Positions 22,839-33,364 of a DNA stretch of 64,000 nt are shown piece after piece. This stretch comes from Fistulifera solaris. Taxonomy: Eukaryota. The notes under the pieces were generated by a model. The model was not told the origin of the DNA. It saw nothing but the letters and a program-made list of their open reading frames with translations, and made no database searches. Within the stretch, counting starts at the first letter, position 1. Each line of letters begins with the position of its first letter. A program made the position numbers and the translations under genes. The stretch lies in contig AP026142.1 in the NCBI GenBank assembly GCA_030295235.1, positions 124,001 through 188,000 on the forward strand. Reading direction: 5' to 3'.

Positions 22839-24547
22839 ATGAAAGGACATCAAAAACAACCGATTGTGGAAGGGCCCCAAGAGCAGGATGATGATTCTAC
22901 TTCAAGCTTCGCGTATCGCGTGCATTTTTCGTGCGAAAATACGGGCCGCTACATTCGTAAATCGAAGCGACGAATACGATGGTGAGTTCCTTGCATATTA
23001 GATTAGAAGAAGTATTGCTTGTCGATAAGTGTAATTCCATGGTCATGATCGTTTGCTTCCGAGTTTTTTTTCGGCGGTAGGTTATCACGTCTTGCGAAGT
23101 AAATCGATTTCTTTTGAAATGCGTTTGTGTTTACTTATGGCTTTGAGTTTTGAGTGGAGTGGCCTGCGTAGCTGTTTTCTATTTATTGTGTGTATTTATG
23201 CTGTTACCGTGAAAGTAGTCTGGAGGCCACTTTTCATGTCACACCCGGCACCCGTGTCTCGCATGCACCATCGGATCGCGATCATCGCGTGCGAAACAAT
23301 GCGTTTGTTGATCTCGAAGGTTGTGCTTGCAAACGACTACAGCATTTTAGCAACAAAACAACCAGCTCATCTTCTCTTCTTACATTGTTTTATTTGACAG
23401 GGTATTTGGCTTTCGTCGACCAAACGCCGCCAGGGAAGAACACGACATTGATCTCATTTGGAGTTTCAAAAGTGGCAAAACGCGTATCTTTTGGAACAAA
23501 TCTAATATCTCGAGCATCATTCGAGAAGGTGGTGAAGCGGAGGTTGTTGAGTTTACTTGGAAAACCAACGCAAATGATATTCTCAAAGTGATTGCTCACT
23601 CATCGATCTCTCCCGGAGCCGTTCGGCGGCAATATGATTTACTGGTGAATGGCGTTAGCTTCTTTGACCTCTCAACGCTCCCTGAGCTTGCTCGAAAAAG
23701 AAACGAAGCAGTCAAGGCAACAAAAGAAGCAAGATGCGATAAAAATCCCGTGAGACGCGTCGATTCGTGCGGTTCTCTCGATAGCATCCTGTCGCTGGAA
23801 TATCCGAACGAGATTGGGATACCGTCGTCTTCTAGCTTTCGATTGGCCATGGTAGGACTGCAGTCCGGAGACATCGACGATGAACTACGATCCGAGTTGT
23901 ATTCTTCGTCACTCGATGAAGTTAGACTCTCGGTTACCAGCTTTCTTCCCCAGACAGAGGATATGTTGTCCAGAGCAATCATGGAAGTGTTTATCGGCGA
24001 TGATGATACCGGTCATTCTTCGTCATCATCGTTTCTTTGTGTTCCTCGAGACGAAGATTGCTTCCCACTCGAAGTAGATGCTTTATGTGAGACACTCGAA
24101 TGGATGCGCGCATTAAATAAAAAGGATTTTCGGTGTCCGGAGGACCGGGAGGAAACGATATTGGCATTCTTGCAAAAGCAAATTTCGAACACGATTCGCC
24201 AGATCCGAAATGAACAAACTACATCTCATACTGCCATTCGTATTATTGTGGGAGTGGCTGCCTTGCTAGATATTCCATTTGTCCGGCCGATGGTCCAAGA
24301 TACAGTCATTTTGGAAGGAAACGTTCGACAAAGTGTTGAACTACGAAAATTCTTATCACGTTTCGGCACTGTCGAACGGTTCTTCTTTTCCAAAAAAAGC
24401 CCTCAAATTGCATTCTGTCGATTTGTGAATGAACTGTCGGTTGCGGCTCTTTTACAAGCAGCGCGTAACAAACAGTTACCCGAGATCTTTTTCACATACG
24501 GTTTACCACGCTTTCTGAGTGTTCAACATCCAAGCGCGACGATCTGA
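22839..24547 (+). CDS. Two-exon protein with N-terminal FAIM-like domain and C-terminal RRM-like domain
   Basis: Exon 1 22839-22981 (MKGHQKQ...AYRVHFSCENTGRYIRKSKRRIRW), GTGAGT...GACAG intron 22982-23400, exon 2 in frame with ORF 23588 (VFGF...EEHDIDLIWSFKSGKTRIFWN...RQYDLLVNGVSFFDL). C-terminus DTVILEG...LRKFLSRFGTVE...IAFCRF looks RRM-like. Confidence 0.8.
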
Positions 24548-25028
24548 GTGATCGAGACGATTCCGAAGTGATGGAAGTAACCAAACCGCATTTGCTATCA
24601 CACGATCAACAAACAACCTCCTCCACTTGTGCATCGCCGCAGTCTCAATGCTCCATTTATACCCTTCTCGAAGGATGATCCTTTCTATATATCTATGTAT
24701 CTCTCTCATGTTTCTATAACATTTTTTATATAACTTGTCTGTACCTGGTATAAAAGAGGATGGCAGACACTAATTTTGCAGTCGATTTGTCGATTGAGAT
24801 CATAGTTTCGGCTCTTGACTCTAGAAAATTGATTCTAGTCGCACCGTAATAATTAAAGAATAGATTATACAGTGCCGGTTTGAGATCGCGTCCCCGCATG
24901 TTCGCATCTCATTCATTTTGATTTATCTCAAAATGCTTTCGAACCTGGTGATAACCTTACTACGAAGAAAAGAATAAAGAAAACACTCTATTAAAAGACA
25001 CAACTCCTTCATAAATTTTTGGTTAATC

Positions 25029-26057
25029 ATGAAACGACGACAAACAGCAACGAAAGAAATCGATGATTCACAGAACATTATTGTCGTGATGTACAACACT
25101 TGTGATCCGTGGCTCAGCCGAGCGGCACGCGAAATTCTTCACCGACATTTGTCACGTCATTTGACAGGCTCACATGACAATCAAAGCACAACAATATATG
25201 ATTATATTAGTCAAGTGGTTTCCGTAGGGAAGATTATTGAGGATATCAATGCTACACAACATTGTCCTCTCCATGATGTCGATGTGCTTCGACGACATGA
25301 AGAACAGTCTCGGTCCATTTCTTCTCGAAAACTACCATCGGCTTATGCATCCTCATATTTGCTGAAACATAATCATTATTCCAAAAGCGGTGCTCCTGTG
25401 TCATGGTATCAATGTGGTCTGTGTCAAAAACAATTCTTGACACGGTTTTATTTGGATCGTCACTTGAAGTGGACGCATCGGGAAGAATTGTTACTACCAC
25501 CCGAGACTGAATCACGAATCATCTGTCCGGCACAACAATGGTGTGAGTTTCTGGTCGACTGCTATGATGTAGCCGTCGACCAAGAACCCTATTATAGTGC
25601 CGGAAGTGGTGGTTGGAGTGACTACCATCGGCATTCCGTGGCTTCCTTGGTGCGGCAACGCATACCGCCCTGTCACGAAGAACGTCTACAACAACAATTG
25701 CGAGCCTGTCGATCGATGGTCGATGCTTGTTTCTTGCACGATGTAGGGCTGCAAGAGTACTTGCTGAGCCATTTGTGTGCACCACAGACGTGTCAGGACC
25801 GTTTACATCGTATTTTCGTTCAATCGTCTCAGTCGTCGTCCTTTGTGTTTCCTTGGTCGTCACGAAACCACTGGAATCAGTATAGAATGTTTTACTGCCT
25901 GCTTGTTGCACTCGCCCTGTTGTTGGGCTCTATCGCGGTGTATGGTGGCGTTTTCCGTCATCGTCACGATCGACCACGTAGCCGTCTTTTGCACAAGGCA
26001 AGACACCAAAAGAATAAGACGCGCACCAGCTTCGCTGATAAGAACAAACAAATATGA
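25029..26057 (+). CDS. Cys-rich C2H2 zinc-finger protein with C-terminal TM helix
   Basis: WYQCGLCQKQFLTRFYLDRHLKWTH (C2H2), extra Cys clusters (CDPWLSRAA, CPLH, CPAQQWCEFLVDC, CRSMVDACF, LCAPQTC) and TM segment FYCLLVALALLLGSIAVYG. Confidence 0.8.
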   Translation: MKRRQTATKEIDDSQNIIVVMYNTCDPWLSRAAREILHRHLSRHLTGSHDNQSTTIYDYISQVVSVGKIIEDINATQHCPLHDVDVLRRHEEQSRSISSRKLPSAYASSYLLKHNHYSKSGAPVSWYQCGLCQKQFLTRFYLDRHLKWTHREELLLPPETESRIICPAQQWCEFLVDCYDVAVDQEPYYSAGSGGWSDYHRHSVASLVRQRIPPCHEERLQQQLRACRSMVDACFLHDVGLQEYLLSHLCAPQTCQDRLHRIFVQSSQSSSFVFPWSSRNHWNQYRMFYCLLVALALLLGSIAVYGGVFRHRHDRPRSRLLHKARHQKNKTRTSFADKNKQI

Positions 26058-26312
26058 TAAACAAAAGTCATCGTGAGGCACAAAGAAGTTTCAAATTTGC
26101 CGCGCGTTGGTTTTTTGAAAATATATCGTGATGGAAGAATTATGCTATTGAGATCAACTCCTAATTTGTCTGTTTCCCTTAACTCCTTTTCTTAAAGCTA
26201 CATTAAGAAAATCTAGGGTGAATCATTTCATTAAAATTCGTCTCAAGTCAATTTCCCTCTTTCCTAAATCTTTCTTAAAAAAAGCACTTTCATTCGTCTG
26301 TCATTCATCTCA

Positions 26313-28100
26313 TCAACGATACTGAGGCTGCTGGTATCCTCCATAATATTGTTGTTGCTGGGGCGGAGGCGGGGCCATTTGTCCATATGTGTACGGTTGC
26401 TGTCCGTGAACGACCCCAAAACCACGAGGAGCCAAAGGAGGGGGACCTCCCTGATTGGACTGTCCGTGCAACACCAACATGCCCGCTTGGGCGGCCGCCG
26501 GATCCCACGGCGGAGTGCTCATAATCCCTTCCTTGATTTCCTTCTTTGGCTTGACGGTACTGATTTGTCCCAATGTGGCATGGGATCCCACCAGGCGGTG
26601 TGCCGCCGGCGGCAACGGCTCGCTCTTGTTGCTCTTCTTCTTGGATTTTTTCTTCCTCTTGACGCTTCATGGTCAATTTCATTTTTTGTTCCGCCGGTTC
26701 ATCAATGCGATCTACATTGACTAAATTTCGCATGGCTTTTTCTAATTCTGAAAGATTCGCATCGTCGTCTTCCGCCGTAATCAAACCGTTCATTGACAAT
26801 GTCGGCGTCTCTACCGCCGCCGGTTCCGACGGAGGTCCACCGTTCGAATACGGAGAAGTCGGAGGATACATTCCTGCCGGACTCGCGGGCGGCATACCAT
26901 TGTTGTAACCCTTGAGAATTTCACTGGCCAGATCATTGCGACTGGGAGGCTTGGGCGCAAAGGATCGTCCGCTCCTCCATTCAAGACGGGAGCGAAATCG
27001 TTACTCGCATACACGGGTGCGGGAGCCGGAGCAAAGTACGTCGGAGCCGTATACGCCGAGGCCGCTGGACTGGGAGGAGGATAGCTGCCCGGCTGCGTCG
27101 ATGGCAACGCCAACAGGCCCGGTACCGGCGCCGAAGTGTACGGCTGGTTGTACGGCTGCGGCGGCGGGGGTGCACCGGGATACGCCGGTGGCTGCTGCGG
27201 AGGAGCTCCCGCCGCATAGGGTGCCGGGGCACTGGCGTAAAGAGTGGGCGCCGACGTGTACGACATGACGGAAGCATCACTGTGCGGCAGTGCGGGTGCC
27301 GCCGGGGGCGGAGCTGCAAAAAAGTCGTTGCCGCCGTTTTCTCCCAACAGATCAACTTCCGGTGCTGTAGCTGGAGCCGTACTACGATTCAAATGCTGTT
27401 TCGTTTCTTGCAACGAAGCAGTAATGGCCCGCTGCAACTCGGCCTCTTCCTCATCCGGAGTTTGCGGAGCATGAATCGCCGGCGGCAACGAATTTCCCCC
27501 TGACCACCGACGACGAAGTAGCAGCAGCACCTCCTTTAATACCCAATTCGTACACTTTGGGCATGGAAAAGAAACTTTGCCCATCAATGAACATGTCGTA
27601 CTGACGAAAGCCCGGATTGGCCGACATGGGGGGAGCGGCATGACACACAACTTTCATGACATGATTGCCTTTACCGGACCAACTGTGATCAATGACACTC
27701 GTCCGGGTCGCCGAATAATGAATTTCCTTGCCATCGTACATGATTTGTCGTTTTCCGCTGGTCACCGACCAAACGACAACAATCTCGTGCTCTTCACCAC
27801 GACAGTCCGTGCCTGAGAGTCCCTGCGCGAGAGCTTGTTTGTTGGGGAATCCGAAGCGCCTGTGTGTCAATTCAAGGCAGTAATAAGTAAGAAGGATTAA
27901 GGTGAAAGAATTCATTACTAAGCTTTCTTTTGAAAAGCAATCATCGAGTGAAACGATCGAGAAAGAGCCGCCGTATATCCTACGAATGCCATCCTCCAAC
28001 GTATAGATACTACGTACCAACGTATACGACGTTTCGTCGCCGCCACACGCTTTCCCGCAGCGGCAGCGGTAAAGTCAATCTGATATACGGGAAGTGACAT
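26313..28100 (-). CDS. FAIM-like domain + UIM + Pro-rich protein (possible endocytic/ubiquitin adaptor); one intron, about three frameshifts
   Basis: Exon 1 28018-28100 (MSLPVYQIDFTAAAAGKRVAATKRRIRW), GTACGT...CAG intron 27860-28017, then RFGFPN...GEEHEIVVVWSVTSGKRQIMYDGKEIH...RQYDMFIDGQSFF. After a frameshift: EEEAELQRAITASLQE (UIM), VDLL, DFF, a Pro/Tyr-rich tract and DPF (restored by +1 T near 26958). Final ORF 26313-26615. Confidence 0.78.
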
Positions 28101-28586
28101 GTTGATCTTGAAAAAGATTAATTAACGATAGCCAACAACAAGCAACAATCAACCAATACAATCGATATGCAAGAATGCAGTAATAAGGATTGCTATGCCG
28201 AGGCGTGTGTGCGCACGATGGAAGCGTGGCGGCGTTTCGAGCGAAGCTTTTTTTTTTACGCGAGATCCGTTTCGGCGCAAAAAAAATCCCCCTACTTTCT
28301 GTTTCGTACTGAAAGTCGCACCACGACCAATCAGGGACTGGCCCCTCCGTTTACACGACTCCTCCGTCGTACTATGAAACGAAGTGTGCCTAACAGGACT
28401 CAACAAGGCATGCTTACCTTCATCTTTTTGTTTCTTTAGCGACGCTCCTTTACGCGAACTTTGAACGCGTCACCATGATGCGAAATGCATATTAAAACGC
28501 AAAACGCCAACACAATAAACGATACGGTCTTCCCTGTCTCTGTTGCACGATATGAATGCCCTTTTGTTTTTCTCACGCGATAAAGT

Positions 28587-29765
28587 ATGAAGATGAAGCA
28601 AGGAAGCATCAAAGCACAGCCATCGGCGAATGTCATTCCGTTGCGAGGACCCGCTGCGGTAGCGTTGATTGTGGCGGTAATCCTCGGCCCGTATCTGCAG
28701 CAATTGTCTATCCTTACGATTATCCAAATACTGCTCCTGTTTCTCGCTGGCGCTATGATGTTTCATGATTTCAAATACTGGATGATTCAATCTTCCCGGT
28801 ACTCTTTGCAACAGAAGTTACAGAACATTGTTTTGGATGACATTTTGAGGGCCCTGTTTCATCCACAACAGGGTCTCCTGGCCGTCAGCGCGACGGCTTG
28901 TTTGGGAAACTTTGCCATGTATGCCTTACCAACGACGCCCGAACAACGCGTGCAATTATGGCAATCGGCGTCGGGAGATGAAAGTCCGGATGTAGCGGAA
29001 CGAATTTTGAAAGCGCCCGGTGGGATCGCGGAGCTACTTCCCCACAGTGTTCAGGCATGGCTAGCGCAAGATAATTCTTGCGAAACCTGTTCTAGTATAC
29101 GTAATAAACAGAATCAAGAGAAGCAACAACCCATCATTCCCACATTGGAGAACCTTTCCCCGGTCCTTTCGTCGCAAAGCGAACCCGAAAGTGTCAATAT
29201 CACCTTGCTCTCGGATTTTCATAGCGAAAATGAAGACGATGACAGCAGTGTCGCAACCTCGGAGGAATGCAATTCACCGCAACCAAAAAGATCTCCTTCG
29301 TCACCCATGGAATTGTTGGGATCGATTTTGGGCGATGTGATGACTCGTCAGTTACAAGACTGGTTGGATCGTTTCCCCAGTCGGAGCTTGGAAATGACGA
29401 GTGTGACGGCGGCGGCTCTCCTGTGGGCTCAACTGCGTTATAGTAAACGAGCACGAGACATTGTCTGGACCGTCGTTCATGCCTCGTTCTCCATGACGGG
29501 CTCGGCCGTCTTGACCGGTTCGTTGTTGGCTGTATGGTTGCGACATCAACTACATGACTCGAAACCATCATCTCCAGTCGACTCGTACTTTTCCAGGCAT
29601 TCGTTCTTCTCTCTGAAAAACGTACGAAATTCCGGTCAAAGGATGAAGAGTGTGGTGATATCTCTGATTCAGTCCGAACGTGCACGTAAAGTACAAGGCT
29701 TTTTGGCGGTTGCAGTTCTTGCTTACTTTGGTCGAAGAAGGATCGATCTGTCTCGATCGCGCTAG
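28587..29765 (+). CDS. Uncharacterised multi-pass membrane protein
   Basis: Intact 392-codon ORF with several hydrophobic segments (AAVALIVAVILGPYL, ILTIIQILLLFLAGAMMF, SAVLTGSLLAVWL, GFLAVAVLAYF). Confidence 0.75.
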   Translation: MKMKQGSIKAQPSANVIPLRGPAAVALIVAVILGPYLQQLSILTIIQILLLFLAGAMMFHDFKYWMIQSSRYSLQQKLQNIVLDDILRALFHPQQGLLAVSATACLGNFAMYALPTTPEQRVQLWQSASGDESPDVAERILKAPGGIAELLPHSVQAWLAQDNSCETCSSIRNKQNQEKQQPIIPTLENLSPVLSSQSEPESVNITLLSDFHSENEDDDSSVATSEECNSPQPKRSPSSPMELLGSILGDVMTRQLQDWLDRFPSRSLEMTSVTAAALLWAQLRYSKRARDIVWTVVHASFSMTGSAVLTGSLLAVWLRHQLHDSKPSSPVDSYFSRHSFFSLKNVRNSGQRMKSVVISLIQSERARKVQGFLAVAVLAYFGRRRIDLSRSR

Positions 29766-30312
29766 TTACTGTTGTCGACTTGTACGATGCTGAGTGCCTA
29801 TGCCTAGGGACGATTTGCGTCGATGAGCAACTTGGTTGCCTTGGCAGCGATATCTATCGTTTGATTATCACTTATAGTAAGAACATGTTTGAATGAATGA
29901 ACGAATGAATGAATAATAGCATCACGTTGTTATTCATTTAAAATAGAAATATCACCATTACGTTTTTAGAGGTCTGTGATAGGAAACTTAAAATCACCAT
30001 TCACACGGTTCTTGGCCTCGCTAAAGGACCCCGCCTTCGTTTCGACTTAGTACGAGTACTGGTAAGACTATTTCTTTGTATATTTTTGTCCGTTGAAGAC
30101 GCCGGCCTGTTTTCGTTGGGTCCGTTAGACCCAACAAAACGTCGCTCGTTGAACTCCCTCGCGTTATTATTCTCGCTCGTTATTATTATTTTGTTTCTCC
30201 TATCACGTCTCATGTGCACGCAGTTCATTATCATTTGATTGCTAGAATCTCTTCTTCGGATCATTATTTGCAGCCAATATTTTTTTTATTTTATTCATTC
30301 CTCAGCAATAGT

Positions 30313-30732
30313 ATGTTCAGTGACAACACCAAAATCGGGACCGCCCTTCTCTTTATGGGATGTTTATTTCTGTTCTTGGGGTGTCTCTTTTTGTTTGATT
30401 CCGCCATGCTCGCTCTCGGGGACATTCTCTTCTTGACGGGTCTAACCTTGACCATTGGAGTGTCACGGACAATTCGTTTCTTCAGTCGACCCGATCGTAT
30501 GCAGGGCATTGTGGCATTCTTTGGTGGAGTCTTCTTAGTACTAGTAAGATGGCCCATTTTCGGAATGATCTTGCAATTGTACGGATTGGTGTATCTGTTT
30601 GGACAGTTCTTCCCGATTGCGGCACAATCAATGCGGGATACTCCGGTAATTGGGGAAGTCTTCAAAATACCAGCAATTGAACGATTTTTTGCCTCCTTTG
30701 GTGGTTCGCAAAGTCGTAGAGCACCGGTGTAA
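30313..30732 (+). CDS. GOT1: Got1/Sft2-family Golgi vesicle transport protein
   Basis: [49 protein letters not shown]...RTIRFF...[30 protein letters not shown] matches Got1/GOLT1. Confidence 0.93.
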   Translation: MFSDNTKIGTALLFMGCLFLFLGCLFLFDSAMLALGDILFLTGLTLTIGVSRTIRFFSRPDRMQGIVAFFGGVFLVLVRWPIFGMILQLYGLVYLFGQFFPIAAQSMRDTPVIGEVFKIPAIERFFASFGGSQSRRAPV

Positions 30733-30778
30733 TGGTAGTTGAGAGTAGGTTGGTCCGTTCCAGCATAGAAAAATGATA

Positions 30779-32698
30779 TTACTTTCCCTGTATTAATCTA
30801 TCAATCAAATCTGTTTTCGTTCCGGAAAGTTTCAAGCCGCGTTCCCGGAGCATCTCTTTCAAAACTGGTACGGTGCATTTGGAAAGGTTGTCAGAGTTAT
30901 TGAGCGGAGTGTTGTTAGTTGCGGTTCCTGTCGTGGATGTAGATGTACTACCGTTAGCCGGTATTTCATCAAAGGATGACATTTCCAAAGTCTTGGCCTT
31001 TTTCGGTCGTTCGTTCGGATCGTACGAGAGCTCCGATTCCAACTGCGTGAAAAAATTGGACGAGGAGTCGTCGTCGCCATTCCCTTGCAATTCAGCTTCC
31101 AAGGCCGCAAAAAGTCGTCGTCACCGTCTCGATTCTTGGTCTCATCGAATCTGTCATCCAAATCGTCCAGCAACGAATCAAAAAACAGACTATCTTCTTG
31201 TGATTCTATCAATTTCGGTGTGGATCGCTCTCGCTTGTTGTTATTTCGTGCTGATTGCGATGTTTCTTCCTGTTCCTGCTGGTCTAGCAATGAATCGAAG
31301 AAACTACTGTCTTCCGTTGTATCTTTAGATAATTTCTCCTTATCAGCATTTTTCAAATCCTTTTCAGATCATTCATCAACGAGGCAAAAAGTCGTCTTCC
31401 TCTTTCTCAGAAGGCGGGCTGGTGGCAGATGAAACAAAGGCACTCCAGTCCTCGTCCGCATTTCGATTGTTCTCCTTTGGAGTACGTTCATTGCGGCGCT
31501 GTTGCCGTGGTGGTACTTGTGGTCGACCCCATTGGCTGTCGACATCACCCATAGCCCATTCCTTCTCTGCTTGATTTGATGCTGCGCCAGAACCGGCCGT
31601 CCAAGCCTGTTTCGAGCCAGATGATTTCTGTTGTTCTTGATACCAGTTCCAATTACGATCGTTCGCTTGCTGTTCCGAGAGACTACCACCTTCACGGAAC
31701 CGATCCGCGGTTCGGTCCTGACGTCGATTTCGTTGTTGCGGACGGAGCTGTTGACGCTGAAAATCCGGATTGCTGGCCGCGTCGAACGAATCGCGGCCCC
31801 GGACCGGACCGTCCAAGTCACGCTGTGTAATGGGCTGTGTGGGTCCCGACAAACCACGCAAGGCCTCCAATTCGGTCAATTTGCGGACATCGGATGGATC
31901 CAGCCACTCCTCAAACATGGTACCGTACGTTAAAAAGCGAACCATGATTTTACCATCCTTGAGTCGGCGGACGACGCCGTCTTCATTAAAGAATTTGTTC
32001 CGAGCCGTTACTTTCACCATGTCGTTGACTTTGAGTCCCAGAAACGACTTGATGGCTTCCGTGTCTACTTGGGGAACGGATGGATCGTCCTCTCCACTGT
32101 CCAATATAGCATCGTCACTTTCGCCCATTCCTCCCAGAGTATCTTCTTCGTCTACCCATTCTTCGGAGTCCAAAACTAGCAATCTCGTCATCGTTCAATG
32201 CCAATGGCGACGGTGGAAGTTTTCGGTATCCTTTGTGGTTCACGGTCCCCATCCATGATCGACACAGATCGAGTGATTGAATTCGTTCGTACGTTTCTTT
32301 GCAGAGACGCAATTTCGCAAACACATAACCCAGATACTTGACCTTGTGTTCGGTCACCATGCGTTTGGCCCCGTGTGATCGGGTCTTTTGACGGTCGGAA
32401 CAATGAACTTGACCACATCTTCCATGTTTCCGCACACTTCTCGACACTGATACAGCAATTCCATTTCTGATCCAGCCACACAATTTAATAAATACCACAT
32501 TGGTTCCTCATCTTCCTCAATTTCGAGACGTTCCCACAATCGATCATGTAATTTTGTGTCGTGCATGCGGGGCGAGTTTGTTGCTTTCGGCAGTTGTGAA
32601 TAGACGGATAACGTCCTCGAAAGAGGACAAAAGGCGGAACTGAAGTAGTGAAAGCATAGTAGTGCCGTGGAACCCAAATAGCAAATAGATCTTTTCAT
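30779..32698 (-). CDS. nusG: Plastid-targeted NusG-like protein (NGN + KOW) with C-terminal SAP domain; four to five frameshifts
   Basis: Signal MKRSICYLGSTALLCFHYFSSAFCP; NGN WYLLNCVAGSE...FIVPTV...KVKYLGYVFAKLRLCKETYERIQ...WMG...PLALNDDEI; KOW LKVNDMVKVTARNKFFNEDGVV...IMVRFLTYGTMFEEWLDPSDVRKL; SAP LSKCTVPVLKEMLRERGLKLSGTKTDLIDRL. Five overlapping ORFs are joined near 32387, 32165, 31388/31362 and 31111. Confidence 0.82.
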
Positions 32699-33364
32699 TT
32701 TTAATTCGTTTCTAGCGAAGAATAACAACAAGAGCAACGGTTGAGTAGCAAAATCAATCGAATGCGCTTTTGTGGGAGTGCTTTCTCGTTTTAGAATGAT
32801 TCGTAGTTGTGATTCGATTTCTGACAACAACATACAACACGGTGTGATGAAAAAGGTCTGTGCATGTTTTTGGTTGATTGATTGATGGCCAACGACGCCG
32901 AAAGAATTTTCGTCAGTGGATGAGGAGCAGCGTCTGTCTGTCAGTCATGCAGATCTCGGAGACTGTCGTACTGACAAAAGGATAGTAAATCGAGTCCCCT
33001 AATTATCCAAAAGTATGTCTCTGCATTTGTGTCCCGGTCCGACCAGCGCGCCAGGCGGTCTATTCTCAGCGATCATCGCCAAAAAGTCACGCGCGATGAA
33101 CCATTCCAACAAACCGACATACGGCACGAAAAAAAATAATGTCGTCGTACAAAGTATTAAGAGAGAAACAACAACGACCATGAGGAGAACAAGACCCGAA
33201 GCAAATGCGCCACTGTCCGTTTCGGGACGAATACGGAGCATGGCGAATCATCATCATCATCAAAGAGCCAAGAGCCGTCGTCGTCGTCGTCGTCGTCAAA
33301 ACGAAGGGGGATTTTCGGTATTCCATTACGAAAACCAAGAAAGTCATCGTCGTCGTCGTCCTCC

